From: Gammaproteobacteria bacterium
Lineage (GTDB): Bacteria; Pseudomonadota; Gammaproteobacteria; Ga0077536
DNA length: 64,000 bases
Reading direction: 5' to 3'
Assembly (NCBI GenBank): GCA_043744805.1
Contig: JAYTTZ010000131.1
Coordinates: forward strand, 5,290 to 69,289
This document shows, piece after piece, positions 47,338 through 57,464 of the stretch (position 1 is its first letter; every line of letters starts with the position of its first letter). The position numbers and the translations under genes are program-made. The notes beneath the pieces were generated by a model, which did no database searches, was not told the DNA's origin, and was given only the letters and a program-made list of their open reading frames with translations.

Positions 47338-47556
47338 TCAGGCTGCGTCGGTTTCGACAGCACTCGGCAGGCTGCTCAACACAAGCTTTTCCAGCGCGAC
47401 TTTCGTGGTCGCATTGTCGATGTCGATGCCGACCAGGTTTCCCTGATCGTCGTAATCCAGAACGACACCTTCAGAAACTTCCCTGCTTTCGGAACTCGGG
47501 TTCCCTGAAAGATCGAAATACAGGGAGTCGGTGTCTTTGTAATACGTGAGTTTCAT
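47338..47556 (-). CDS. DUF2283-family protein (putative antitoxin)
   Basis: 72 aa. MKLTYYKDTDSLYFDLSG... matches the DUF2283 start (MK.TYD...D.LYI.L). It overlaps the upstream DUF4258 gene by 4 nt. Confidence 0.6.
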   Translation of the reverse strand: MKLTYYKDTDSLYFDLSGNPSSESREVSEGVVLDYDDQGNLVGIDIDNATTKVALEKLVLSSLPSAVETDAA

Positions 47557-47825
47557 GGTTTGTAGCCTCGATCAGGGAACGCGTTATGGATGGTCTTGCG
47601 ATCTTCAAGCGTGACCACTCGAAGGTAGCGATTGCCCAGTTCCTCAATGCGCGCCCAGAACCGGAATCGATTGTGTTCCTGGGGCTCGCTGTGCTCCGCA
47701 TTTTCGACAACTCGAACGCACCCCTCCTTTCTCAGGTAGGTGCGCTTGCTCAAGACTTCGTTCTCGAAGTAGTCAGTGAATCGGTAGTCCTGCATGTCAA
47801 GAGCATATCTTGCCAGTGGAGCCAT
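47553..47825 (-). CDS. DUF4258-family protein (putative toxin)
   Basis: 90 aa. It pairs with DUF2283 in the canonical two-gene arrangement and sits in a locally AT-richer segment. Confidence 0.55.
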   Translation of the reverse strand: MAPLARYALDMQDYRFTDYFENEVLSKRTYLRKEGCVRVVENAEHSEPQEHNRFRFWARIEELGNRYLRVVTLEDRKTIHNAFPDRGYKP

Positions 47826-47920
47826 ATCGAGAATTCAGGTGTTGGTCAGGAATGGAATTCGTAGTCAGATGGCGCGGGCGGTGACATCGCAATCCGCTGC
47901 GAATACCGCCTGACAGCTTG

Positions 47921-49345
47921 TTACTGCCGAAACACCCACCCCAACAGCCCGTTGATGAGTTCACTCCCCACCGCGAGGTTCGCCGTCGGGTGATTGACCA
48001 GCAAGGTCACCGCGTAGGTTCGTCCGCTCTCGGCCAGCACGTAACCCGCGACCGCCGTGACGTCGCCGAGGTGACCGGTCTTGAGATGCATGCGCCCGTT
48101 CTCGGGCCCCTTGCGGAAGCGCTTGCGCATGGTGCCGTCCTGGCCTGCAAGTGAGAGCGAGGCGAGGTACTCCGGCATGTAGGGGCTGCGCCAGGCGCGT
48201 TGGAGCATCTCGCCCATGGTGCGCGCGCAGATGCGGGTATGGCGTGAGAGGCCCGAGCCGTTTTCCATCACGAGGCCTTCGATGGGCACGCCAAGGGCCT
48301 TCAGGTGTGCCGCGATCACCGGCATGCCGGCTTCGGCGCGTAGCGGTGGCGCGGCTTCCCGATCGGCCAGCGCGTACATCAGCGCGTCCGCCATCACGTT
48401 GTTGCTCCACTTGTTGAGCGGACGGATGAGTTCGGCGAGCGGTGGCGAATACCAGCTGTGGAAAGGCGTGGAGCCGGGCGGCATCACGCCGCGACTCACG
48501 CCGCCCTCGATCTCGCCGCCCCACTGGCGCCAGAGCATGCTGAAGAGTCCATAGGCGTAGGTCGCCGGCGCCATCGCCGTACGGGGCAGGCTCTGCGTGC
48601 CGCAGGCGCGGGGATAGTGGCCGCTGAAGATCACGCGATCATCCGGCTGGTCTTCCGGCGTACGCAGGTTGATGAGGCTGCGTACCTCGCCACAGGGTCC
48701 ATCCACCAGCTTGAGCTCATTGATGATCACGAGATTGGGCAGCGGCGGATCGGCGGTGATGGCGATGCTGCCATCACCGCGCGGCGTGAACGTGAAGGTG
48801 AACGCCTTGAAGTTCACCATCATCGCGTTGGGCTGCACGTTGTAGAGCCGCTCCGGCTGCTGGTCGAACTCCCCTGCATCATGCGGGGGTGGCGCAAACA
48901 TCGAGTCATCGATCACCAGCCCGCCCGTGATGTGCCTGAGGCCCCGGGCGCGGAGTTCGCCGGTGAACTTCCAGAGTTCTTCGGCAATGAGGTAGGGATC
49001 GCCATGCCCTTTCAGCAGCAGATCACCTTCGAGCACGCCGTCCTTCAGCGGGCCGAGCAGGTGGGCATCCGTCCGCCAGCGGTACTGGGGGCCCAAAGTC
49101 TCCAGCGCCACGAACGTGGTGACGAGTTTGATGGTGGACGCCGGATTTCGCGGCACGTCGAGGTTCAGCGCGAGCAGCGGCGTGCGGGCGTCCACGGCCT
49201 GCACCATCACGCTGATGGCGCTGTCGGGCAGGTGGTGCTGGCGCAGGATGCGATCGAGCAGCGCGGGCAGTTCGGCATGGGCTGGTACGAAGCTGCCAGT
49301 GAGCAGCAATACGCCAACCAGCAACCGGCTGGGACTCAGGCGCAT
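47921..49345 (-). CDS. dacB: D-alanyl-D-alanine carboxypeptidase/endopeptidase (PBP4, peptidase S13)
   Basis: 474 aa from MRLSPSRLLVGVLLLTGSFVPAHA (signal peptide). The SxxK active-site context NPASTIKLVTTF and the overall S13 architecture. Confidence 0.8.
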   Translation of the reverse strand: MRLSPSRLLVGVLLLTGSFVPAHAELPALLDRILRQHHLPDSAISVMVQAVDARTPLLALNLDVPRNPASTIKLVTTFVALETLGPQYRWRTDAHLLGPLKDGVLEGDLLLKGHGDPYLIAEELWKFTGELRARGLRHITGGLVIDDSMFAPPPHDAGEFDQQPERLYNVQPNAMMVNFKAFTFTFTPRGDGSIAITADPPLPNLVIINELKLVDGPCGEVRSLINLRTPEDQPDDRVIFSGHYPRACGTQSLPRTAMAPATYAYGLFSMLWRQWGGEIEGGVSRGVMPPGSTPFHSWYSPPLAELIRPLNKWSNNVMADALMYALADREAAPPLRAEAGMPVIAAHLKALGVPIEGLVMENGSGLSRHTRICARTMGEMLQRAWRSPYMPEYLASLSLAGQDGTMRKRFRKGPENGRMHLKTGHLGDVTAVAGYVLAESGRTYAVTLLVNHPTANLAVGSELINGLLGWVFRQ

Positions 49346-49893
49346 TGCCCACCTCCGAACAGGCCATCCTGCACGTGGCGGTCGTAGCGAAGCGCCGTGT
49401 CCACCACCCGCAGCGCAGGGTGCAGGACATGGGGCGCGGCGGTGGCGCTGTCGAGGATGTGCCGCACTTCGAGCCCGCGCAGGGTGAGGGCGTCGGCGAT
49501 GAACTGACGATGGCAGTGCGTGGGACTGGCCTCGGCGCACATGAGCGCAATGCCGAGGCGCGTGGCGCCGTGACACACCCGCTCGAGGGTCGCCTGGAAG
49601 GCCTCGCTTTCCATGTGCGTGGCATAGGCCTGGAAGGCGGGTTCCGCCAGCGCTGCGTGGGGGGAATCCTGCGGCGCCTGGCGCAGTCCGCCCAAGGCTT
49701 CGCCGAGCCAGCGGTAACGCAGCCCCGCCTGGCCCAGCGCGGCCTCCAGGGCCTCGCGATTGAACTGGGGATGGCGGCGGGACCACGGCGAAGCGCGGAC
49801 GTCCGCAAGGACCTGCACGCCGTGGGCCAGCAGGCGTCCGCGGAAGTCGGCAAAGGCCAGGTTGCTGTGGCCAACGGTAAAAATCACAGGCAC
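49336..49893 (-). CDS. DUF488-family protein
   Basis: 185 aa. MPVIFTVGHSNLAFADFRGRLLAHGVQVLADVRASPWSRRHPQFNREAL matches the DUF488 N-terminal consensus (IYTIGHSN...LVDVRS.P.SR..P.F). Confidence 0.6.
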   Translation of the reverse strand: MPVIFTVGHSNLAFADFRGRLLAHGVQVLADVRASPWSRRHPQFNREALEAALGQAGLRYRWLGEALGGLRQAPQDSPHAALAEPAFQAYATHMESEAFQATLERVCHGATRLGIALMCAEASPTHCHRQFIADALTLRGLEVRHILDSATAAPHVLHPALRVVDTALRYDRHVQDGLFGGGQCA

Positions 49894-49988
49894 GGCGCGC
49901 AGTTTGCTCCGTTAAAGTGGGGCACCGGAATCGGTTTGATTGTCCACCAGCCCGCCCGCGCTGTCGCGGGTTTCGAGGAGGTATCGCC

Positions 49989-50846
49989 ATGGCCCTGCTC
50001 ACCGTTGCCGCCACGCAGATGGCCTGCGTCGACGACCCGGCAGTGAATCTCCGCGCAGCCACGCAGTTGGTGCGGGTCGCGCATGCGCAAGGCGCGCAGC
50101 TCATCCTGCTGCAGGAGCTGTTTGAATCGCAGTACTTCTGCCAGGAGCAGCACCCCCGTCATTTCGCCCTGGCCCACGAGGCCGCGACGAGTCCCTTGCT
50201 GGGGGCGATGTCCGGGCTGGCCCGCGAACTTGGTGTAGTGCTGCCCGTGAGCTTCTTCGAGCGCGAGGGGCAGGCCTACTTCAATTCGCTCGCGATGATC
50301 GATGCCGATGGGACGTGCCTTGGCATCTACCGCAAGTCGCACCTCCCGCAGGGGCCGGGCTACGAGGAGAAGTACTACTTCTCGCCGGGCGACTCCGGCT
50401 TCCGCGTGTGGGACACCCGCTGCGGCCGCGTGGGTGTGGCGATCTGCTGGGACCAGTGGTTCCCCGAAGCCGCGCGCGCCATGGCGCTGATGGGCGCTGA
50501 AGTCCTGCTCTATCCCAGCGCGATTGGATCCGAGCCCGCCGACCCGTCCAACCACAGTTTCGGGCACTGGCAGCGCACGATGCAGGGCCACGCTGCGGCC
50601 AACATGCTGCCCCTCGCGGCGTGCAACCGGATCGGGCGCGAATGCTTTGGCGGCAGCGAAATCACCTTCTATGGAGGATCTTTCATCGCGGACGAGACGG
50701 GTGCCGTCATGGCCCAGGCCTCTGCCGATCAAGCCGAAGTGATCACGGCTTCGTTTGATCTTGCAGCGCAACGGGAGCGTCGCGCGGCGTGGGGCCTGTT
50801 CCGCGATCGACGGCCCGAGCTTTATGCCCGCCTGATGCACAACTGA
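49989..50846 (+). CDS. aguB: Carbon-nitrogen hydrolase, N-carbamoylputrescine amidase-like
   Basis: 285 aa. Nitrilase-superfamily E-K-C triad context (...LLQELF..., ...YRKSHLP..., ...GVAICWDQWFPEAAR...). The CWDQWFPE motif is typical of AguB. Confidence 0.7.
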   Translation: MALLTVAATQMACVDDPAVNLRAATQLVRVAHAQGAQLILLQELFESQYFCQEQHPRHFALAHEAATSPLLGAMSGLARELGVVLPVSFFEREGQAYFNSLAMIDADGTCLGIYRKSHLPQGPGYEEKYYFSPGDSGFRVWDTRCGRVGVAICWDQWFPEAARAMALMGAEVLLYPSAIGSEPADPSNHSFGHWQRTMQGHAAANMLPLAACNRIGRECFGGSEITFYGGSFIADETGAVMAQASADQAEVITASFDLAAQRERRAAWGLFRDRRPELYARLMHN

Positions 50847-50949
50847 GCGGCTCGCCAGCTCCGGAGTCTGACGTTAGCATGCGGTGGCCTGGCACCAACA
50901 AGACAAGCGCGCCGCCGTTCCGGCAGGCGCGTGGAGAAGGGGAGAGCGC

Positions 50950-51330
50950 ATGACCAAACCTGCCCGTGGGAAGCCCCCGCTGCTGCCCAAAGGATTCAAA
51001 TCCCTGTCGCCACTGGTCGAGGACTGGGTGCTACCCGATTCCCGCGCCCGCCTCGAAAAGCGACTCATCACCCCGCCACAGGAGATCCGCAAGTTCTACG
51101 ACGCGATGCTCGCCAAGGCGCCGCAGGCACTTGCCTACCTTGGCACGCGACAGCTTGGTGAACTCGACGCAGCGGAGGAGCGCCTGCTGAAGCTGCTGCT
51201 CTCGCTGGCGGAAATGGGACCAGCCGTCGAGTGGTACGGCACTGGCGAGTACCCCGATGGCTTCGACGCCCGCCGCTTCAAGCTCATCGAGCAAATCCCC
51301 GACAACCAGGCCCAGGGGGTGGTCGCATGA
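50950..51330 (+). CDS. Hypothetical protein (126 aa)
   Basis: ATG at 50950 preceded by a GGGGAGAG SD. Its stop overlaps the Rieske oxygenase start (ATGA), which suggests co-translation. No recognised family. Confidence 0.35.
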   Translation: MTKPARGKPPLLPKGFKSLSPLVEDWVLPDSRARLEKRLITPPQEIRKFYDAMLAKAPQALAYLGTRQLGELDAAEERLLKLLLSLAEMGPAVEWYGTGEYPDGFDARRFKLIEQIPDNQAQGVVA

Positions 51331-52583
51331 ACGTGCAACAGAAACTTACCGATGATTCCCTGGCCGCACGCTACCCCGAGCTTGGTACCGGCCCGATTCC
51401 CACCGACGTCTACCGCGATCCGGCCTTCTACGAGCGCGAGCTCGCCGCCATTTTCCGCCGCACCTGGCAGTGCGTAGGCCGGGTGGAGCAGGCGCCGAAG
51501 GTCGGTGATTTTTTTCAGAAGGCAATGCCGACCTTTGGCTTTTCGGTACTGGTCGCGCGTGCCCGCGACAACCAGCTCCATGCTTTCTTCAACGTCTGCC
51601 AGCATCGCGGCAACCACGTGGAGTTGCGCCAGAAAGGCCACTGCGTGGGCTTCACCTGCCCGTTCCACGGCTGGACGTATGGCCTGGACGGCAAGCTCGT
51701 CGGCGTGCCGGATGCGGGCGGGTTCTTCGACCTGGACAAGAAGAAGCTCGGCCTGCGCGAACTGGCGCTCGAGACCTGGCAGGGCTTCATCTTCGTCAAC
51801 CTCGATCCATCCCCCAGCCAGACCTTGGCCGAAGCCATGGGGCAGCAGGGCAAGGATCTCGAAGGCTATCCCTTCGAGAGTGGCAAGGCGGTCTTCGAAT
51901 ACGCAGGCACCATCGACTGCAACTGGAAGTGCATGGTCGATTCTTTCTGCGAGACCTACCACGTGCCGGTGCTGCATCGCCATTCCGTGTCGGACACCCT
52001 GGCCGGCCCCGACAACCCCTTCGGCCGCCTCATCGATTGCCGCCTGAAGGGCCCGCATCGCACGCAGTCGGTGTGGGGCAACATGGCCTACAAGCCCAAT
52101 CCCGTGCAGGGCCTCGCCTGGCAGAACGCACCGGGACCGGCCGTCACCAGCGGCGTGGTGGACAGCAGCGTGACCTTGCCCAAGGGACTCAACGAAACCC
52201 GCGCCGCGCACTGGTCGCTCGACGTCACGGTGTTCTTCCCCAACTGGCTCATCGTGATGGGCAGCGGCATGTACTTCACCCACCAGATGTGGCCACTCGC
52301 CGCCAACCAGGTGGTGTGGCAGATGCGTGGCTTCCTGCGGCCGGCCACCAACGCCGCGCAGCGCTTCGGGCAGGAGAACTCGATGGTGGAGTTGCGCGAT
52401 GCGGTGCTGGAAGACTGCAACACCCTGGAGCGGATCCAGGTGGCGCTGGACCAGGGCCTCCTCACCGAGATGCAGTACCACGATCACGAAATCGCGCTCC
52501 GCCACCAGTACCACGTGGTGAAGCAATGGGTTGAAGACTTCGAAGCACAACCGGCCGCCAAGGCCGGCAAGGGGAACACCTGA
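51327..52583 (+). CDS. Rieske [2Fe-2S] non-heme-iron oxygenase alpha subunit (alpha-only type; no beta partner adjacent)
   Basis: 418 aa. Rieske motif CQHRGNHV ... CPFHGWTY. The catalytic domain has a ...DSFCETYHVPVLH... iron-ligand region. Confidence 0.8.
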   Translation: MNVQQKLTDDSLAARYPELGTGPIPTDVYRDPAFYERELAAIFRRTWQCVGRVEQAPKVGDFFQKAMPTFGFSVLVARARDNQLHAFFNVCQHRGNHVELRQKGHCVGFTCPFHGWTYGLDGKLVGVPDAGGFFDLDKKKLGLRELALETWQGFIFVNLDPSPSQTLAEAMGQQGKDLEGYPFESGKAVFEYAGTIDCNWKCMVDSFCETYHVPVLHRHSVSDTLAGPDNPFGRLIDCRLKGPHRTQSVWGNMAYKPNPVQGLAWQNAPGPAVTSGVVDSSVTLPKGLNETRAAHWSLDVTVFFPNWLIVMGSGMYFTHQMWPLAANQVVWQMRGFLRPATNAAQRFGQENSMVELRDAVLEDCNTLERIQVALDQGLLTEMQYHDHEIALRHQYHVVKQWVEDFEAQPAAKAGKGNT

Positions 52584-54661
52584 TGAAGCGTTTGACGCGC
52601 GCGGCAGTGGCCGTGCTGGGGCTGGCTGCGATGGGTGCCGCGCTGGCGACCACCGTGGTGGACGACAAAGCGCTCGCCAACCCCGACCAGGGGGGTAACT
52701 GGCTCAGCTATGGCCGAACCTACTCCGAGCAGCGCTACAGTCCCCTGCAGCAGATCACCGACAAGAACATCGGCAAGCTGGGCGTCGCCTGGACGCTCGA
52801 TCTCCCCAATGACCGCTCGCTCACCGGCACGCCGCTGGTGGTGGACGGCGTCATGTACTTCAACGGCAGCTTCAACACCGTAAAGGCCGTGGACGTCCGC
52901 ACCCGCAAGATCCTGTGGGAATACGATCCGAAGTCCATCGACCACGCGGGCGATCGCGCCACCATCATGTGGGACTGGAATCGCGGTATCGCCTTCTGGA
53001 AGGGCCAGGTCTACCTGGCCACGGTGGACGGCCGCTTGATCGCGGTGGATGCGAAGACCGGCCAGGAAACCTGGAGCGTCGAGACCATAGATCCCAGGAA
53101 CCCGCTGTTCATTTCAGGCGCGCCCAAGGTGTTCCGCGACAAGGTGATCATCGGCAACGGTGGTACCGAGTGGGGGCCGGCGCGGGGCTATGTCACGGCC
53201 TACGACGCGGCGACGGGCAAGCAGGCCTGGCGCTTCTACGTGGTACCCGGCAATCCGGCGGACGGCTTCGAGGACGAGACCCAGGCCATGGCGGCCAAGA
53301 CCTGGACGGGCGAGTGGTGGAAACACGGCGGCGGCGGTTCGACCTGGAACGGCATCACGTTTGATCCCGAGTTCAACCGGGTGTACATCGGCACCGGCAA
53401 CGGCTCGCCGTGGAACCAGAAGATGCGCAGCCCCGGAGGCGGCGACAACCTCTTCCTGTGTTCCATCGTGGCGCTCGATGCCGATACCGGCAAGTACGCC
53501 TGGCACTACCAGACCACGCCGGGCGAGGCTTGGGACTACAACTCCAACATGGACATCGTGCTGGCCGATCTCAAGATTCACGGCAAGGTGGTGAAGGCGA
53601 TCCTGCACGCGCCCAAGAACGGCTTCTTCTACGTCATCGACCGCGCCACCGGCAAGCTGCTGTCGGCGGAGAAATTCGGCAAGGTGGACTGGGCCGAATA
53701 CATCGACCTCAAGACCGGCCGCCCGGTGGAGCGCAAGGGCGCCCGCTACGAAGACGGCGAGGAACTCGTGTGGCCAGGTCCCTTCGGCGTGCATAACTGG
53801 CCGGCGATGTCCTACAACCCGGTCACGGGGCTCGCATACATCCCGTCGATCGAAATGGCCGGCATGTTCAGCGACAAGTACACCAAGCCCAAGGCCTGGC
53901 AATCGCCCAACTTCAAGTTCGATCCCGGCGTTGATTTCCTGCGCGCCGACGGCCCGGCCGACTGGGGCACTTCGTTCCTGCGCGCCTGGGATCCCCGCAC
54001 GCAGAAGCTGCGCTGGGAAGTGCCGACGCCGGGGGTCTGGAACGCCGGCACGCTCACCACCAAAGGTAATCTCGTGCTGCAGGGACGGGCCGATGGCGTG
54101 TTGGCGGCCTATTCGGCAGACACCGGCAAGGTGCTGTGGCAAAAGCCCTTGGGCCTCGGGATCTCGGCGCCGCCGATCACCTACGAGATCGACGGCAAGC
54201 AGTACATCGCGCAGCTGGTCGGCTGGGGCGGTTCGGTGACGGCCACCGGCGGATCGCTTGCCGCCCAGCATGGCTGGACGTATGGCGCGCAGCCGCGCCG
54301 GCTCGTGGTGTTTGCGCTGGACGGCACGGAGAAGCTCAGCGCGCTGCCGCCGCCGAAGTTCGCCAAGCCACTCAACGCGCCGGAGTTCACGGTATACGAG
54401 GAACTCGCCGAACGCGGCAGCCATGTGTGGAGCCAGTCCTGCGGCATGTGCCACGGCCCGGCGGGTACCGCCGGGGGTTACGCCCCGGATCTTCGCGCGT
54501 CGAGCGTCCTGCTGGACGAAAAGGCGCTCCACGCGATCGTTTTCGAGGGTGTGTTGAAGGAACGCGGCATGCCGCAGTTCAAGAACATCACCAAGGACGA
54601 TCTGGAAGCCGTGCGCCACTTCATCCGGCGCGAGGCCAGGAAGCAGAACCTGACGCCGTGA
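52583..54661 (+). CDS. PQQ-dependent quinohemoprotein alcohol dehydrogenase (type II, with C-terminal cytochrome c domain)
   Basis: 692 aa. Signal peptide. The N-terminal GNWLSYGRTYSEQRYSPL is typical of the PQQ-ADH propeller, with repeated W-containing blades. C-terminal CGMCHG heme-binding CxxCH. Confidence 0.85.
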   Translation: MKRLTRAAVAVLGLAAMGAALATTVVDDKALANPDQGGNWLSYGRTYSEQRYSPLQQITDKNIGKLGVAWTLDLPNDRSLTGTPLVVDGVMYFNGSFNTVKAVDVRTRKILWEYDPKSIDHAGDRATIMWDWNRGIAFWKGQVYLATVDGRLIAVDAKTGQETWSVETIDPRNPLFISGAPKVFRDKVIIGNGGTEWGPARGYVTAYDAATGKQAWRFYVVPGNPADGFEDETQAMAAKTWTGEWWKHGGGGSTWNGITFDPEFNRVYIGTGNGSPWNQKMRSPGGGDNLFLCSIVALDADTGKYAWHYQTTPGEAWDYNSNMDIVLADLKIHGKVVKAILHAPKNGFFYVIDRATGKLLSAEKFGKVDWAEYIDLKTGRPVERKGARYEDGEELVWPGPFGVHNWPAMSYNPVTGLAYIPSIEMAGMFSDKYTKPKAWQSPNFKFDPGVDFLRADGPADWGTSFLRAWDPRTQKLRWEVPTPGVWNAGTLTTKGNLVLQGRADGVLAAYSADTGKVLWQKPLGLGISAPPITYEIDGKQYIAQLVGWGGSVTATGGSLAAQHGWTYGAQPRRLVVFALDGTEKLSALPPPKFAKPLNAPEFTVYEELAERGSHVWSQSCGMCHGPAGTAGGYAPDLRASSVLLDEKALHAIVFEGVLKERGMPQFKNITKDDLEAVRHFIRREARKQNLTP

Positions 54662-54687
54662 CGGCAGCGGGGATGATTCGCCGGCCC

Positions 54688-56049
54688 TCACACCGTCTGC
54701 AGGTACCAGTCGTAATCCTGTGAGCCCACTTCGCCCATGAACTGCCGGCACTCGAAGCGCTTCACGGCGCAGAAGATCTCCACCAGGCGCGGCGTGAGAT
54801 AGCTGGCCGCGACGGACGACTGCGCGAAGCGGGCGATGGCGTCCGGCCAGAAGTGTGGCAGCACCGGCGCATGGCTCGCGGCGTAGCCGTTGCCCACCAC
54901 CGGCAGACCGGGATCGATTTGCAGCGTGAGGCCGTGGTGCACGCCAGCCAGCACGGCTGCGGCAGCCAGGTAGGGATTGGCATCGGCGCCGCAGACGCGG
55001 TGCTCGACGTGGCGACTGTGCGCAGGGCCAGTGGGAATGCGCAGCGCAACGGTGCGGTTGTTCACGCCCCAGGTGGGCTTTAGCGGCGCATAGCTGTTGG
55101 CGCAGAAACGGCGATACGAATTACCGTGCGGCGCGAACAGTGCCATGAAGTCCGCCGCGGTCGCGCCCATCCCGCCGATGGCGTGGCGGAGCGCCTCGGT
55201 ACCGGCGGGATCCTCGCTGGCGAAGATATTGTTGCCGTGGAGATCGTTCAGGCTCAGGTGCAGGTGCATGCCCGAGCCCGACTGCGCGGCGAAAGGCTTG
55301 GCCATGAAGCAGGCGAGGTAGCCGTGTTGTTGCGCCACGCCCTTGATGAGCCGGCGGAACATCACGCCTTCGTCCAGCGCACGCATCGCGTCGGTGCGGT
55401 ATTTGAGGGTGATTTCGAGCTGTCCGGGGCCAAATTCAGAAATCGCGGTTTCCGCCGGCAGGCCCTGCACGTCGCAGGCGTCGTAGATGTCGCGCAGGAA
55501 TGGTTCCAGCGCTTCGAGTTCTTCCATGCAATAGACATGCGGGTGTTGTCCACGCGGCGCCACCGGCACGGGTGGGCGCGCCGTCGCATCGCCGTCCAGC
55601 AGGTAGAACTCAAGCTCCACCGCCATGGCGGGTACCAGGCCGTCCGCACGGTAGCGCTCGACCAGGCGCAGTGCGGCGAGGCGCGGGTCCGCAACCGCCG
55701 AGGGCATGCCGAGTTCCGGATCCAGCATCACCATCACCTGTGCCGTGGGCGATTTCAGCCACGGGCAGCGCACGAGGGTGCCGGGGATGGGGAACAGCAG
55801 GCAGTCCATGTCGCCCACTTCCCACAACAGCCCCGTGTTTTCCACGTCTTCGCCGCGCAAGGTCAGCGCGGCGCTGGAACTCGGCAGGGGACGCCCGTGT
55901 TCGTACAGTTCCAGCAGTTCATCCGCCCGCAGTGCCTTGCCGCGCTGCACGCCGTTGAGGTCGGCGTGGAGGATGTGGACGTAGCGGATGTCCGGATTGC
56001 GCCCAAGGAATTCGAGGGCTTCAGTGACGGGGGCTCGGTGCGAGGTCAT
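54688..56049 (-). CDS. Glutamine synthetase family protein (gamma-glutamyl-polyamine synthetase, PuuA/SpuB-like)
   Basis: 453 aa. GS catalytic-domain motifs (...GMHLHLSLND..., ...NSYRRF...). Neighbours are polyamine catabolism genes. Confidence 0.75.
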   Translation of the reverse strand: MTSHRAPVTEALEFLGRNPDIRYVHILHADLNGVQRGKALRADELLELYEHGRPLPSSSAALTLRGEDVENTGLLWEVGDMDCLLFPIPGTLVRCPWLKSPTAQVMVMLDPELGMPSAVADPRLAALRLVERYRADGLVPAMAVELEFYLLDGDATARPPVPVAPRGQHPHVYCMEELEALEPFLRDIYDACDVQGLPAETAISEFGPGQLEITLKYRTDAMRALDEGVMFRRLIKGVAQQHGYLACFMAKPFAAQSGSGMHLHLSLNDLHGNNIFASEDPAGTEALRHAIGGMGATAADFMALFAPHGNSYRRFCANSYAPLKPTWGVNNRTVALRIPTGPAHSRHVEHRVCGADANPYLAAAAVLAGVHHGLTLQIDPGLPVVGNGYAASHAPVLPHFWPDAIARFAQSSVAASYLTPRLVEIFCAVKRFECRQFMGEVGSQDYDWYLQTV

Positions 56050-56069
56050 GGGGATACTCCAGTGGCGGG

Positions 56070-57464
56070 CTAGCGGGCCGTGGTGCGCGCGAGATCGCCA
56101 AGTTCGGTCAGGCAGGCGTCGAGGCCGTCGAGGAGGGCCTCGACGTCGTCCAGCGCGGTGGCAGGACTCATCAACATCATGTTGTGGAAAGGCGTGAGGA
56201 CCACGCCGCGGTTGAGCAGATACAACTGGAGCAGCGCTTCCAGCGGCGCATCAGTCGCTGCCGCGGCTTCGCGTGCGGTGCGCGGTGCGCGTTCGGAAAA
56301 TTGCAGTTCGCTGCGGGCGCCCAGCATGCTGAGCCGCCAGGGCAGATCGTGGCGTTCGAGGACCTCCTGCAGCCGACCCGCAAGATGCGCCGTGCGGTCG
56401 AGCATGTGCCCGTAATGGGCGTCCGTGATGAGCGCGGTCAAGCTCGCCTTGAGCGCGGCGATTTGCAGCAGGTTGCCTGACAGCGTGGTCCCGATGCCGG
56501 TACGTCCCGGACCCGCCGCGTGCCAGGCTTCCAGCATGCGTTGTCCGAGTTCCGCACTCACGCCATAAACCGCGCAGGGCAGGCCGCCGGCGATGGCCTT
56601 GCCGATTACTAGTCCGTCGGGCTCCAGCGCGTGGGCGCCGCCATACCCGTTGGGAGCGGTGGAAAGCGTGTGGGTTTCATCCAGCAGCAAGAGGGTGCCG
56701 TGGTGGCGTGTGAGTGCGCGGAGTTGCGCATGGAAGCCCGGATCGGGCAGCACCATCCCGCAGTTGGTCATGGCGGGCTCGCACAACACGGCAGCCACGT
56801 CGCCCGGTGCAAGGGCTTTCGCGAGGGCCTCGACGTCGTTGAATTCGACCACGCGCGTCGTGCGCGTCATCGCGTGGACCTGGCCGACCAGTCCGGACTG
56901 CATCACGGTGACGCCGTCGTGCAGGATCACTTGCGTGTCGTCGACGGCGCCGTGGTAGCAACCATCGAACACCACGATGATCTCGCGCCCGGTGGCGGCG
57001 CGCGCCCAGCGCAGCAGGAAACGGTTGCCGTCCGAGGCGGTGTTAGTGATCTGCCAGTATTCAAGCTTGAAACGTGCTGAAAGGAGTTCGCCGACTTCCG
57101 CGGTCGCCGCGCCCGGCAGCATGGCGGAAAGTCCTGAGTCGACTTGCGCATGGAGCGCCGTGCGCAGGGCTTCAGGGCCGTGGCCAAACATCGCGGCGGT
57201 ATCGCCGAGGCAGAAATCCGCGTAGGGCCTGCCGTCCACGTCGACCAGTCGCGCGCCCTGGGCGCGTTCAATGACCAGTGGAAACGGCAGTGGCCAGTCC
57301 TTGAGCCAGTGCAGCGGTGCGCCCATGAACCAGTGCTGGCTCCGGGCGGCATGCGCTGCAGAGCCGGGATGCGTCTGGCGGAAAAGGGCCGTTTCCCGTT
57401 GGTGGAGGCTGGCGAGGATTGCTGCCGGAAACGTCCGGTGCTCGTTGGTGGTCGGGGAAGGCAT
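56070..57464 (-). CDS. Class III (omega) aminotransferase family protein
   Basis: 464 aa from the ATG at 57464. PLP-lysine context ...DGLVIGKAIAGGLP... and ...LLLLDETHT... are typical of fold-type I class III aminotransferases. Confidence 0.7.
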   Translation of the reverse strand: MPSPTTNEHRTFPAAILASLHQRETALFRQTHPGSAAHAARSQHWFMGAPLHWLKDWPLPFPLVIERAQGARLVDVDGRPYADFCLGDTAAMFGHGPEALRTALHAQVDSGLSAMLPGAATAEVGELLSARFKLEYWQITNTASDGNRFLLRWARAATGREIIVVFDGCYHGAVDDTQVILHDGVTVMQSGLVGQVHAMTRTTRVVEFNDVEALAKALAPGDVAAVLCEPAMTNCGMVLPDPGFHAQLRALTRHHGTLLLLDETHTLSTAPNGYGGAHALEPDGLVIGKAIAGGLPCAVYGVSAELGQRMLEAWHAAGPGRTGIGTTLSGNLLQIAALKASLTALITDAHYGHMLDRTAHLAGRLQEVLERHDLPWRLSMLGARSELQFSERAPRTAREAAAATDAPLEALLQLYLLNRGVVLTPFHNMMLMSPATALDDVEALLDGLDACLTELGDLARTTAR

